Shown: piece after piece, positions 34,265 to 43,961 of the stretch
Layout: each line of letters begins with the position of its first letter
Position numbering within the stretch: the first letter of the stretch is position 1
Origin: an uncultured delta proteobacterium
GTDB lineage: Bacteria; Desulfobacterota; Desulfuromonadia; Desulfuromonadales; BM103
Assembly: GCA_963715335.1 (NCBI GenBank)
Contig: CAVQRZ010000022.1
Span: 64,001-128,000, forward strand
DNA length: 64,000 bases
Reading direction: 5' to 3'
The notes under the pieces: generated by a model
Database searches by the model: none
What the model was told of the DNA's origin: nothing
What the model saw: the letters and a program-made list of their open reading frames with translations, nothing else
Position numbers and translations under genes: made by a program

Positions 34265-37200
34265 ATGAAATCCCCGACGCCTCTTAGCAAGGCCCTGATG
34301 CTGCATTTTGTTTTGGTCGCAGTCATCCCGATCCTGCTGTTGGGGATATTCGGGCTCCGTTATTTTCAACAAAAGCACATCGAAACCATCTCCCGTCTAC
34401 TCGATACCCATGCCCTGAACGTCAGCGCCGAAGCAACCGGATTTCTGGATGAGACCAACGCAACCCTGGCCCTGATCGCAGCCATGATCGGCACCGAAGA
34501 ATTGCACGGCAGGGAAAAGATTGATCAGTCATCTGCAGATCTCAATTGATGTATCCAAACATTTTGAGTCGATTTATGTCCTCGACAGGGATCACAAAAT
34601 TATTCATCTCGCGTTCTCTAAACACAACACTATCAGCCGGGTCGACTACCTCGGACTGGATCTGTCTGCTCACGAGATATTCTCTGCCAGCCCCATTCTT
34701 GAAAAGCCGGTGTGGTCAGATATCTTCATGTCGGCGGTGACCGCCGAACCGTCGGTCACACTGGGGCTCCCTCTGCAGAACGGTACCCTGCTCGGCACGG
34801 TCAGTTTGAGGAATATCAGCGAGGCGCTGCTCAATCGGATGGGGAGCACTTCATACGGGTTTCAATTTTCCCTGGTTGACCAGAACGGAACCCTGGTTGC
34901 CGATTCAAGGCCGGGGATGACTGACGAGCGGCCGAATCTGCGACGACATCCGGGAGTGATTGCAGCTCTTGACCATCAGCTTGAGATTCCCAGTAAATTT
35001 AACGAGGACAACAGCCTGCTTGAAAGTGTCAGACTGGTCCCGGAAGTCGGCTGGGCAGCCTATGTGAGCCTGCCGGCTGAGGAAGCCTTGCGGGGGATAG
35101 CGCCTTTGCGCTATGTCCTGTTCTCCACACTGAGCATTGCAGCATTGTTTGGCGTGGCGCTCTCTTTCTGGCTGTCGCGGCGGGTGCTCAGGCCGATCCT
35201 GATCCTGCGAGATGCTGCAGGGGCTGTCGCCCGTGGTAGCTATGAACAGGTTTTGCCGCCGGTCATCTATGAAGAGCTTGAAGACCTCAGCGGCAGCTTC
35301 AGGGAAATGATTGCGGCTGTTGAAGAACGCGAACTCTCGGTCAATGAGGGGCAGAGCCGCTATCGGGAGCTGGTCAATTCAGTCGACGGAATTGTCTGGG
35401 AAATGGATCTGTCCAATTTACGTTTCACCTTTGTCAGCGCGCAGGCAGAGCGGATTCTCGGCTACCCGTTACAGAGGTGGCTGGAGGAAGAGGGCTTCTG
35501 GCAACAACACGTGCATGACGACGATCGTGACTGGGTTATCTCTTTCTGCAATACGCAAACCGAGGCACGGCGTGATCACGACTTCGAATATCGCATGATT
35601 GCAGCGGACGGCAGCACGGTCTGGTTGAAAGACCTGGTGACGGTGATTGTCGATGATGGCCGGCCGGTTCGCCTGAGCGGGGTTATGCTGGATATCACCA
35701 ATCGCAAGGATGCTGAGCTGATCCTGCAACAGACTACTGATCGCCTGCAGCTGCTGATCGAGCGCATGCCCTTCGCCTGTATCGTATGGGGAGAGGATCA
35801 CACGGTCGAACTCTGGAACCCTGCGGCGGAAAAGATCTTCGGCTTTGCTCAAGAGGAAGTCGTCGGCAAGCACCCCTTTGAGTCTGCGGCGGCGGATCAC
35901 TTCCGGGCAGATATTGCGGAGATCTGCCGGAGACTTGATGCAGGAGACCTGCTCGCACATAACATCAATGAAAATACCACCAAGGATGGTCGCACGATTA
36001 TCTGTGAATGGTACAATACGCCGCTGCACAGCCCTGAAGGTCGAAACACCGGCCTGATTTCAATGGTGGATGATATCACCGAACGCGTCCTTGCGGAGGC
36101 GGCGCTGAAAGAGAGTGAGTTGCGGTTCAGGACCGTGTTCGAGACCAGCCCGGATATGGTCCTCATTTCCCGACTGGAAGACGGCACAATCCTCAGTGTC
36201 AACGATTACTGCCTGAAAATGTCCGGGTACGCCCGTGAGGAAATGATCGGGAGTACTTCCCTGGAGTTGGGCGTCTGGTTCAAGCCGGAAGAGCGCGACA
36301 GCTACCTGAAGCTGATTAGAGAATACGGGGCAGTTGAAAATTTCGAAATGACGCTACTCACCAAGGCTGGCCGTCAGCGTATCGGCCTGGCGTCAGCGCG
36401 CATCCTGATCCTGAACGATGAACAGTGCCTGCTGAATGTTATCCGCGACATTACCGAGATGAAAGATGCTGAGACACGCATGAGGCGCAGCGAATCGCGT
36501 TTCCGCTCCCTGATCACGGTCATGGGGGAAGGGATCGTCATCCTGGGGTACAACGGTGAAGTCGTCCAGTGCAACCAGGCCGCTGAACGCATCCTGAGGA
36601 TGAAATCCGAGGATGCTTTAGGTTTGCTCCATGATGAACTCTTCACTGGCGCACTGCGCGAGGATGGCAGCCTTCTGCCGATGGAACAAACCCCGTCGAT
36701 GCAGACTCTGCGGACCGGTCAACCGGTAGTCAACCAGGTCATGGGTTTGTCTGGCATCGAAGGCGAGGTCGTCTGGGTGCAGATGAATACCCACGCACTC
36801 GGTCTCGACAAGTCCGGCAAACCGGTGGCCGTGGTCGTCTCATTCGCTGACGTTACCTCTTTGAAAGAGATCGAAGAGGAACTACGTGACAATGAAACGC
36901 ACCTGCAAGCACTCAGCAGGCAGTTCCAGGGCGTACTCGAAGCTATTCCAGACCGGATCCTGATCCTGGACAGGGACATGCGGGTGGTCTGGCTCAACTG
37001 GCCTGAGGAAAGCATCGATTCAGCCAGTGATCTGCAGAACCAGGATTTACGTTGTTACCAGTTGCCCGGCGTCAACTGCGGACCGTCAGCAGGTCACGGT
37101 TCGCCCCTTTGTGACCATTGCCCGGTCCGCAGAACCTTTGATTCCGGGCGGACGGAAATGGTCCATAAAGAGTTGTCCGACGGCCGCACCCTTGCTCTGA

Positions 37201-38000
37201 GGACTTTCCCGGTGTGCAATGAAGGGGGGGAGGTTGTCAACGTCATCGAGATCGCCCAGGACATAAGCGAAGAACTGCGCCAGCAATCCCAGGCAATGCG
37301 CACCGCGCAATTGGCCGCGCTGGGAGAATTGGCTGCGGGCGTCGCCCACGAGATCAACAACCCGATCAATGGTGTGATCAATTATGCCCAACTGATTCTC
37401 AACAGGGCGACAGCCAATTCCCGAGAGCTGGAACTTTCACGACGGATTATCAAGGAGAGCGAGCGGATTGCCACAATTGTTCGCGAGTTGCTGTATTTTG
37501 CCCGCACAGAGAGTGAGGAAGTCAACCAGATTACGATCAGCAGCGCACTTGAAGAAGTCCTGGCACTGACGCAGCACCAGATGGACCGGGAGGGGATCCT
37601 TTTACAGATTCAGCTGTCAGAGAACCTCCCCAAGGTAGCGAGTCGCAGCCACCAGGTTCAAAGGCTGTTCCTTAATCTGATCAGTAATGCCCGTTATGCC
37701 CTCAAGGAAAAATATCCGGAGCCTAACCCTGACAAGATCTTGCGGATCACAGGCAAGATGCTGCAAAAGGACGAGCGGGCGATGGTGCGGGTTGTCTTCA
37801 GGGATCATGGTGTCGGGATCCCGGAAGAGCTTCTGGAGCGGGTCATGAACCCGTTCGTTACAACCAAACCGTCTGCCGAAGGAACGGGGCTTGGTCTGAG
37901 TATCAGTCACGAGATCGTCCAGAAGCACGGCGGGTCACTGACCATTGAGAGCATTCCTGGCAAATACACGGAAGTTGTTGTCGAACTTCCGGCAACCTGA
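34265..38000 (+). CDS. Sensor histidine kinase (TM-Cache-TM-HAMP-about 5 PAS-HisKA-HATPase), one extra base at ~34529
   Basis: First TM in ORF 34259-34549, remainder in ORF 34521-38000; AGVAHEINNP, NLISNA, DHGVGI, GTGLGL. Confidence 0.88.
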
Positions 38001-38134
38001 TAGATATAACTACCGGTGGGTAGCCTTCTACCCTCGGTGTTTGTCGGTGGAAATCGCAACGACCTGATCTCATTGTGCAGGATTGGATAGAGCCCGGAGG
38101 TCGTTTGACTGTCGCTGCTTCAAGGAGATTGCCC

Positions 38135-38884
38135 ATGAGTTACCGGATTCTGGTTGTCGATGATGAAGAAAGCATCCGTTTTACTTTTTCCGCTTTTCTC
38201 CGTGATGCCGGGTACGTGGTGGAGACAGCGGAGAGTCTCAATGAGGCTCTGGACAAAATTGCGTCAAAGCCCTTTGATGCAATCTTCCTTGATATTCTGC
38301 TGGGGCGCGACTCCGGCATCATCGCATTGCAGGCGAGCCGTGAGAGCCAACCGAATACTCCGGTGATCATGGCCACGGGCGCCCCTGAAATAAATACCGC
38401 TACGGAAGCCGTCCGTTTCGGCGCTTTCGACTACATCACCAAGCCGATTCATCAGGACGAACTCCTGCGCCAGGCAAAGCTTGCGGTGGAGCACAAGGAA
38501 CTGATCGACAGACAAGAGGCTTATCAGTTACGAATGGCTGCAGTTTTCCAGAGCGTCCAGGAAGGGATCATGGTCTTTGACGAAGAGATGAAGCTGCTTG
38601 AGATCAACGCCGCTGCTGTCAGAATACTCTCCTGTGGGAGATCACTCACAGGTCTGAGCCCGAAGGAAATCAGCAATCACTGTCCGCCGCTGGCGTTGCT
38701 TCGGGAGATGATCGAGAAGCGTTGCGAAGGGGATATCTTCCGTCTGGAATCAAAAACCGGTGCCGGCAAGCCGCTGGTTTTCGGCCTGACCATGGCCCCG
38801 TTGACGGGTCATGCCGGACGAGAGCTTGGCACGGTCCTGGTTTTGCGTGACGAGTCGATGCCGATCCGGCAGGTTGGCTCCTGA
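38135..38884 (+). CDS. REC-PAS response regulator lacking an output domain
   Basis: ILVVDDEES, FLDILL, GAFDYITKP, PAS ending VLVLRD; RBS AAGGAG. Confidence 0.85.
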   Translation: MSYRILVVDDEESIRFTFSAFLRDAGYVVETAESLNEALDKIASKPFDAIFLDILLGRDSGIIALQASRESQPNTPVIMATGAPEINTATEAVRFGAFDYITKPIHQDELLRQAKLAVEHKELIDRQEAYQLRMAAVFQSVQEGIMVFDEEMKLLEINAAAVRILSCGRSLTGLSPKEISNHCPPLALLREMIEKRCEGDIFRLESKTGAGKPLVFGLTMAPLTGHAGRELGTVLVLRDESMPIRQVGS

Positions 38885-38898
38885 GGGCACAACAGATT

Positions 38899-40611
38899 AT
38901 GCTGACGCAACATATCCTGATTATTGATGACGAAGAAAGCCTGCGCTTCACCCTGCAATCTTTCCTTGAGGATGGCGGGTACCTGGTGTCGACGGCCGCG
39001 TCGTTTGCCGAAGCGGAGCGGCTTGTCGAACAGAGCCTTTTCGACCTGGTCTTCCTGGATATCCAACTCGGCAGGCACAGTGGCCTGGACCTGCTCAAGA
39101 TAATCCGTGAAAAGTTCGTACACTGTCCGGTCGTGATGATTACCGGAGTCCCGGAGGTGGCAACCGCAGCCGAGGCCGTGCGCATGGGAGCATTTGATTA
39201 CATCCCCAAGCCCATTCGCCAGGAGACCCTGTTGCGGGTTGCCAAAATGGCCCTCAAACATAAAACGGTCGTCGACCAGCGTGAGCAACTCAGGGCGCAC
39301 CTGACCGCAATTTTTGATAGTGTCAGGGACGGCATCCTGCTGGTTGATCAGGGTCAGAAAATCCTCCAGGCGAACCAGTCTCTGGTCAGCCTGTTTGGCT
39401 TGCCTGACGGCATTATCGGGATGACCCTTGCCCAGTTGCCCCAGAACATTCGGTCGACCTTCATAGCGATCACCGAAAAAATCCTGGTGACCAATGAGCC
39501 GGTCGTCTCACAGCGCATCGAATTGACCGACCCTTCGCAGAAACCGTGTGTCCTGGATATCTCGGCATCCCCCTGCCTTGATGATATCGGCAACCCGTAC
39601 GGAGTGGTGCTGACGGTTCGTGATATGACCCGCCTGGAAAACCTTGAACGCACCTTAAAGAAACGCCAGAAGTTTGAGCATATTGTCGGTCGGAGCGAGG
39701 CCGTACAGGCGATGTTCGGATTGATCGAGAACCTGGCGGAGGTCGACACAACCGTATTGATTACGGGAGAAAGTGGTACCGGCAAGGAGTTGGTTGCCGA
39801 AGCTTTGCATTATCGCAGCAGCCGTCGCGACGGCTCGCTGGTCAAGGTGAACTGCGCGGCCCTGCCGGAAAACCTTCTCGAAAGTGAATTGTTTGGTCAT
39901 CTTAAAGGCTCGTTCACCGGTGCGCTAAGAGACAAGATCGGCCGTTTTGAACAGGCGGATGGCGGCACGATCTTTCTCGATGAAATAGGTGACATCTCAC
40001 CGGCAATGCAGGTGCGTCTGCTGCGGGTCCTGCAGAACAAGGAAATCGAAAAAGTCGGCGGGACCGGGACCATCAAGGTCGATGTGCGCATCGTCGCAGC
40101 CACCAACCAGGATCTGGTGAGAAAGGTTCGCGAAGAAGAATTCCGCGAAGACCTCTATTACCGTCTGAGAGTCGTACAGATCCCAATGCCGCCCCTCCGT
40201 GACCGGCGGGAAGACATTCCGCTGTTGATCGACCATTTCGTCAACTTGTACAACCAGAGGTTCAAACGGAGCATCAGCGGCCTCAACGAATCTGCGCTCG
40301 CGCAGATGACCCGGTATGACTGGCCCGGTAATATCCGTGAACTTCAGCATGCGATAGAACACGCTTTTGTCCTTTGTCGTCAGGAGGTTGTCGATATCTG
40401 CCACCTGCCTCCTGAATTAAATGAGCTGCAGCCGTCGGCTCAGGGCCAAGACAGCGAACCGGATGACGAACTGGTCAGACTCACTGCTGCCCTGGACAAG
40501 ACCGGCTGGAACAAGAGTCGGGCTGCACGCGTCCTGGGTGTCAGTCGGCGAACGATCTATCGCAAGATGGAAGAACTCGGCATCAAGGATGAGGAGGATG
40601 CCGGAGAGTGA
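38899..40611 (+). CDS. Sigma54-dependent activator (REC-PAS-AAA+-Fis HTH)
   Basis: GESGTGKE, ESELFGHLKGSFTGA, FLDEIGD, FREDLYYRL, WPGNIREL, NKSRAARVLGVSRRTIYRK. Confidence 0.93.
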   Translation: MLTQHILIIDDEESLRFTLQSFLEDGGYLVSTAASFAEAERLVEQSLFDLVFLDIQLGRHSGLDLLKIIREKFVHCPVVMITGVPEVATAAEAVRMGAFDYIPKPIRQETLLRVAKMALKHKTVVDQREQLRAHLTAIFDSVRDGILLVDQGQKILQANQSLVSLFGLPDGIIGMTLAQLPQNIRSTFIAITEKILVTNEPVVSQRIELTDPSQKPCVLDISASPCLDDIGNPYGVVLTVRDMTRLENLERTLKKRQKFEHIVGRSEAVQAMFGLIENLAEVDTTVLITGESGTGKELVAEALHYRSSRRDGSLVKVNCAALPENLLESELFGHLKGSFTGALRDKIGRFEQADGGTIFLDEIGDISPAMQVRLLRVLQNKEIEKVGGTGTIKVDVRIVAATNQDLVRKVREEEFREDLYYRLRVVQIPMPPLRDRREDIPLLIDHFVNLYNQRFKRSISGLNESALAQMTRYDWPGNIRELQHAIEHAFVLCRQEVVDICHLPPELNELQPSAQGQDSEPDDELVRLTAALDKTGWNKSRAARVLGVSRRTIYRKMEELGIKDEEDAGE

Positions 40612-40867
40612 TGAGGCTGCGGGAAAGAGGGAAGGAGAAGGTCGCTCCAGGTCCTGCCGTCCAGTTCTACCTTTTCACCTCCAGGTATTTAGCCGCCTCT
40701 CCGTTCTCTGTCACACTCCTGTGCCATCGAAATAATCCAAGTTGTCATCCATTCTGCTTGAACCCGTTTCCCCGCTCTTCTCGCCGACTGCGGAAACTGT
40801 CCGTAACATTATGATATTGTTATGTATCTCTAAGCATTTTGGGGAATCTTGTCCGTCCGAACATTGT

Positions 40868-40883
40868 TGGCATAGTTGTTGGA
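40868..40883 (+). promoter_or_regulatory. Sigma54-like promoter of the che core operon
   Basis: TGGCAT-AGTTG-TTGGA (non-canonical -12), preceded by ATTGT. Confidence 0.45.
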
Positions 40884-40922
40884 AACTCTGCAATAAGTTG
40901 TTCTTTTCGGATGGAGACCCTC

Positions 40923-41344
40923 GTGCCAAAACGCATCTGTATCGTCGACGATCAACACACTATCCGCGAAATGTTGCGTTTCGCCCTGGTTCTGCAGGGT
41001 TTTGAAGTCGTGGCCGCCGTGGATGGCGCCGACGCTCTGGAAAAAATTGTCGAACTCGATATCGATATGATCATAGCCGACTGGCAGATGCCGAGACATG
41101 GATGGCCTCGAGCTGTTGGGGCGACTGCGGACGATCGATGCATTTGCCGATACTGCCCGTCGTCATGATCAGCTGTCGTGACGATATCGAAGCCCGGCAA
41201 AGGGCACGGGAACTCGGCGTACTGAGCTGGTTGAAAAAACCGTTCCGTATTGCTGATCTTCAACTTATTGTTAAAAACGGTTTCTGCAAAACACAGACTC
41301 GTCGTGGCCATTTAATCGACCAAGCTGTCAACGGTTGCCCATGA
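40923..41344 (+). CDS. Single-domain response regulator, broken by two extra bases (~41097, ~41152)
   Basis: GTG start after GGAG; ICIVDD...IADWQMP / MDGLELL...FAD / LPVVMIS...WLKKPF lie in three successive frames. Confidence 0.75.
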
Positions 41345-43176
41345 TGTATGCAGTCCGTCAACAGACCTGTTCGGTCATCCCGTTCCAGAAGTCGGTTGCT
41401 GGCAAATGGGGGCCCTCAACTCTCGACGGTTTGGTCCGGCAACTGGCCGGTGTCGAAGCTGTCACGGAACAGAGCTTCCTCGACCTGGGCAACAGAATCC
41501 AGAATTTCCACAGTCGTGCCAGAAACATCTCCGCGTCAGCCGGTGCGGTCCTCGAACTGCTGAATGGCGAGGGTGGGGAGCAGGCTCTGCAACGTCTGCA
41601 AATGCTGGTTGAGCGATGCAACCTGTGGCTCAACACCACCGACGAAAAATCTTCTGAAATCTCAGCCCTGTTGAAAAATGTTCTAAACCAGGTCAATGAA
41701 CTTGAAATATCGGTCATGGGATTGAGAAAAATCATTAAGACTCTGCATTCGTTGCGTGTCTCAACGCGGATCGAGGCGGCCAAAGGCTACGCTTCGGGAG
41801 CCTCTGTCTTAACGAGGTCCCTGGATGAGCTCGGCCGTATGGTCCAGGAGAAGGTGCTTGAAATTTTCGAGCTGACCGAAACTCTGGTTCCCGCTATCAA
41901 CCGCTCGATCAACACGGAAGAGGCTGCGCAGTCCGGGTCGATACGGGTTGCCGGTAGCGCGGTCAACAAGGCCCGGCGGATACTGGCTGCTTTCCTCGAG
42001 ACGTTTCTTGAAACGGGCCACTGGACAGATCGACTGCAGGGGAGCTCGGACGGGGTGGCCCGGAGTTTCAGTGAAATTGTTTCGGCACTGCAATTCCAGG
42101 ACATTACCCGGCAGCGTCTCGATCATGTGCAAAATGCTTTGCATAACCTCGGCCAACACCTGGAACAATTCAGCCGACGAAAAGACTTCAGCAACGATGC
42201 TGAAGCAGCGCGTCTGTTCGGCTGCATCTGCCAGCTACAGCACGACCAGCTGGACTTGGCTTCCCGGGAATTCGTCGCTGCAGCGGCCAACCTGGCAAAA
42301 AACCTGAATGACATGTCCACCAATGTCGTGGCCATGGCGAGCGATACCCGAAGCCTGTTGCGGGTCTCTGATGATGTGAATGAGAATCGCTACGCGATTG
42401 TGCTGTCGGCTTTGCAGTCGATCGCGGTGCACCTCGAAAAGACCGGCAGCAATCATCTGTCTACGGCAAACAATCTCAGCGAAGTCAACGAGGGGATTGA
42501 GAAAGTCTCGGTCCTGGTCGAAGAAATCGAATTTATCGGTGAAGAGATGCAGTTGCTGGCGATTAATGCGGCTGTCAGTGCAGCCCATGCATTTCAGCAG
42601 GGCGCCGGTCTTGATGTGATCGCCCAGAACATCCAGGATGTCGCTGAAGAGGCCTGTCGATATGCGTTGTCCCTTGCGCAACAGTGTGCCGCGATTACCG
42701 AACACGCACGTCAACTGCAGGCCATCGAGCAGGACAACCCGTCCGGCGTCGATGGTGTGAGAAGCCTCCTCGGGGAGGCTCATGAGCGCATGGCAAATCT
42801 TGAGACCAGCCACACGCAACTGGTGGCGCTGGCCGAGAAGGTCGATCACGATGCCCGTGACCTCTCCCACGAAGTGGCGATGATTGTCAGCACTCTCAAT
42901 ATCGGGCAGCTTTTCCAGGAAAAGCTGTCGCCCGTACTGAGGCGGTTCAAAGAGCTCGGCGCAGCCGTTGAAGAAAAGCTTAGTGCGACCGAGAACACCA
43001 ATCTGGAAGTGCTCTTTAATGACCTGGAGCTGTGCTATACCATGGCCAGCGAACGGCAGGTTCATCAGAGTTTCATGGGCAGTCGGGAACAATCCGCAGA
43101 AGCATTGGCAAAGCAGGAGGACAAGTGGGCGGCAAGTCGCCATCATGACCTGGGTGACAATGTCGACCTCTTTTAG
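41341..43176 (+). CDS. Cytoplasmic MCP-like coiled-coil chemotaxis protein with CheZ-like DxxxQ motif
   Basis: No TM; degenerate MCP hairpins (STRIEAAK; LLAINAAVSAAH), LQFQDITRQRLDHV, YTMASERQVH, C-terminal GDNVDLF. Confidence 0.75.
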   Translation: MMYAVRQQTCSVIPFQKSVAGKWGPSTLDGLVRQLAGVEAVTEQSFLDLGNRIQNFHSRARNISASAGAVLELLNGEGGEQALQRLQMLVERCNLWLNTTDEKSSEISALLKNVLNQVNELEISVMGLRKIIKTLHSLRVSTRIEAAKGYASGASVLTRSLDELGRMVQEKVLEIFELTETLVPAINRSINTEEAAQSGSIRVAGSAVNKARRILAAFLETFLETGHWTDRLQGSSDGVARSFSEIVSALQFQDITRQRLDHVQNALHNLGQHLEQFSRRKDFSNDAEAARLFGCICQLQHDQLDLASREFVAAAANLAKNLNDMSTNVVAMASDTRSLLRVSDDVNENRYAIVLSALQSIAVHLEKTGSNHLSTANNLSEVNEGIEKVSVLVEEIEFIGEEMQLLAINAAVSAAHAFQQGAGLDVIAQNIQDVAEEACRYALSLAQQCAAITEHARQLQAIEQDNPSGVDGVRSLLGEAHERMANLETSHTQLVALAEKVDHDARDLSHEVAMIVSTLNIGQLFQEKLSPVLRRFKELGAAVEEKLSATENTNLEVLFNDLELCYTMASERQVHQSFMGSREQSAEALAKQEDKWAASRHHDLGDNVDLF

Positions 43177-43202
43177 AGTTGCTGAACAGGAATCAGGAGT
43201 TA

Positions 43203-43556
43203 ATGTTAACTATGGCGAAGTGGTCTTACGACATTGAAACAGATACCGGGACACTGATACTGGAAGGAGATGTGACAATCCAGCATGTCAGTGACCTCAA
43301 GAGTGCCCTGATCGAGGCGTTTGAAAGCGCCGAGCAGGTGACGGTTGATGTCTCGTCAACGATTGCAGTCGATGTTGCCGGTTTGCAGCTTCTTTGTGCC
43401 TCGCACAGATTTTCAAGATCGCGTGGCAAGAAGATGTGTCTGAAACTTGGTGACAACACCCGGTTTGCAGATTTCCTTGAAAAGGTTGGAGTCCCGCCGG
43501 ATTTTATCTGCAGCCATGGTGAAAAGAACCAATGCGTCCGGGCTTCGGGAAACTGA
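43203..43556 (+). CDS. STAS domain protein
   Basis: LEGDVTIQHVSDLK, VDVSSTIAVDVAGLQLLCA; alternative start 43212. Confidence 0.85.
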   Translation: MLTMAKWSYDIETDTGTLILEGDVTIQHVSDLKSALIEAFESAEQVTVDVSSTIAVDVAGLQLLCASHRFSRSRGKKMCLKLGDNTRFADFLEKVGVPPDFICSHGEKNQCVRASGN

Positions 43557-43592
43557 CAAATTTGCTTTAATCCCGTTTAAGGAGATAAGAAT

Positions 43593-43961
43593 ATGAGCAA
43601 GCGCGTGATGACCGTCGATGATTCGGCCACGGTGCGCCAGGTCTTGCAAATGACTCTCGAAGGAGCCGGTTACGAGGTCCTGCAGGCGGTAGACGGTATG
43701 GATGCCCTGAGAAAGCTGGCCAGCGAGTCGGTCGATATGCTGGTGACAGACCTGAACATGCCGAATATGGACGGCATAACCCTGATCAAGGAAGTCAGGC
43801 AGGATCCCGGCAACCGGTTCATGCCGATCGTCATGCTGACGACCGAGTCGCAGCCTGAAAAGAAACAGGAAGGCAAGCTAGCCGGTGCTTCCGGCTGGAT
43901 TGTGAAACCGTTCAAACCGGAGCAGCTTCTGGCTGTCGTCCGTATGGTGTGCCCGGTATGA
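43593..43961 (+). CDS. cheY: Chemotaxis response regulator
   Basis: VDDSATVR, VTDLNMPNMDG, MLTTES, GWIVKPF; overlaps cheA start. Confidence 0.92.
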   Translation: MSKRVMTVDDSATVRQVLQMTLEGAGYEVLQAVDGMDALRKLASESVDMLVTDLNMPNMDGITLIKEVRQDPGNRFMPIVMLTTESQPEKKQEGKLAGASGWIVKPFKPEQLLAVVRMVCPV

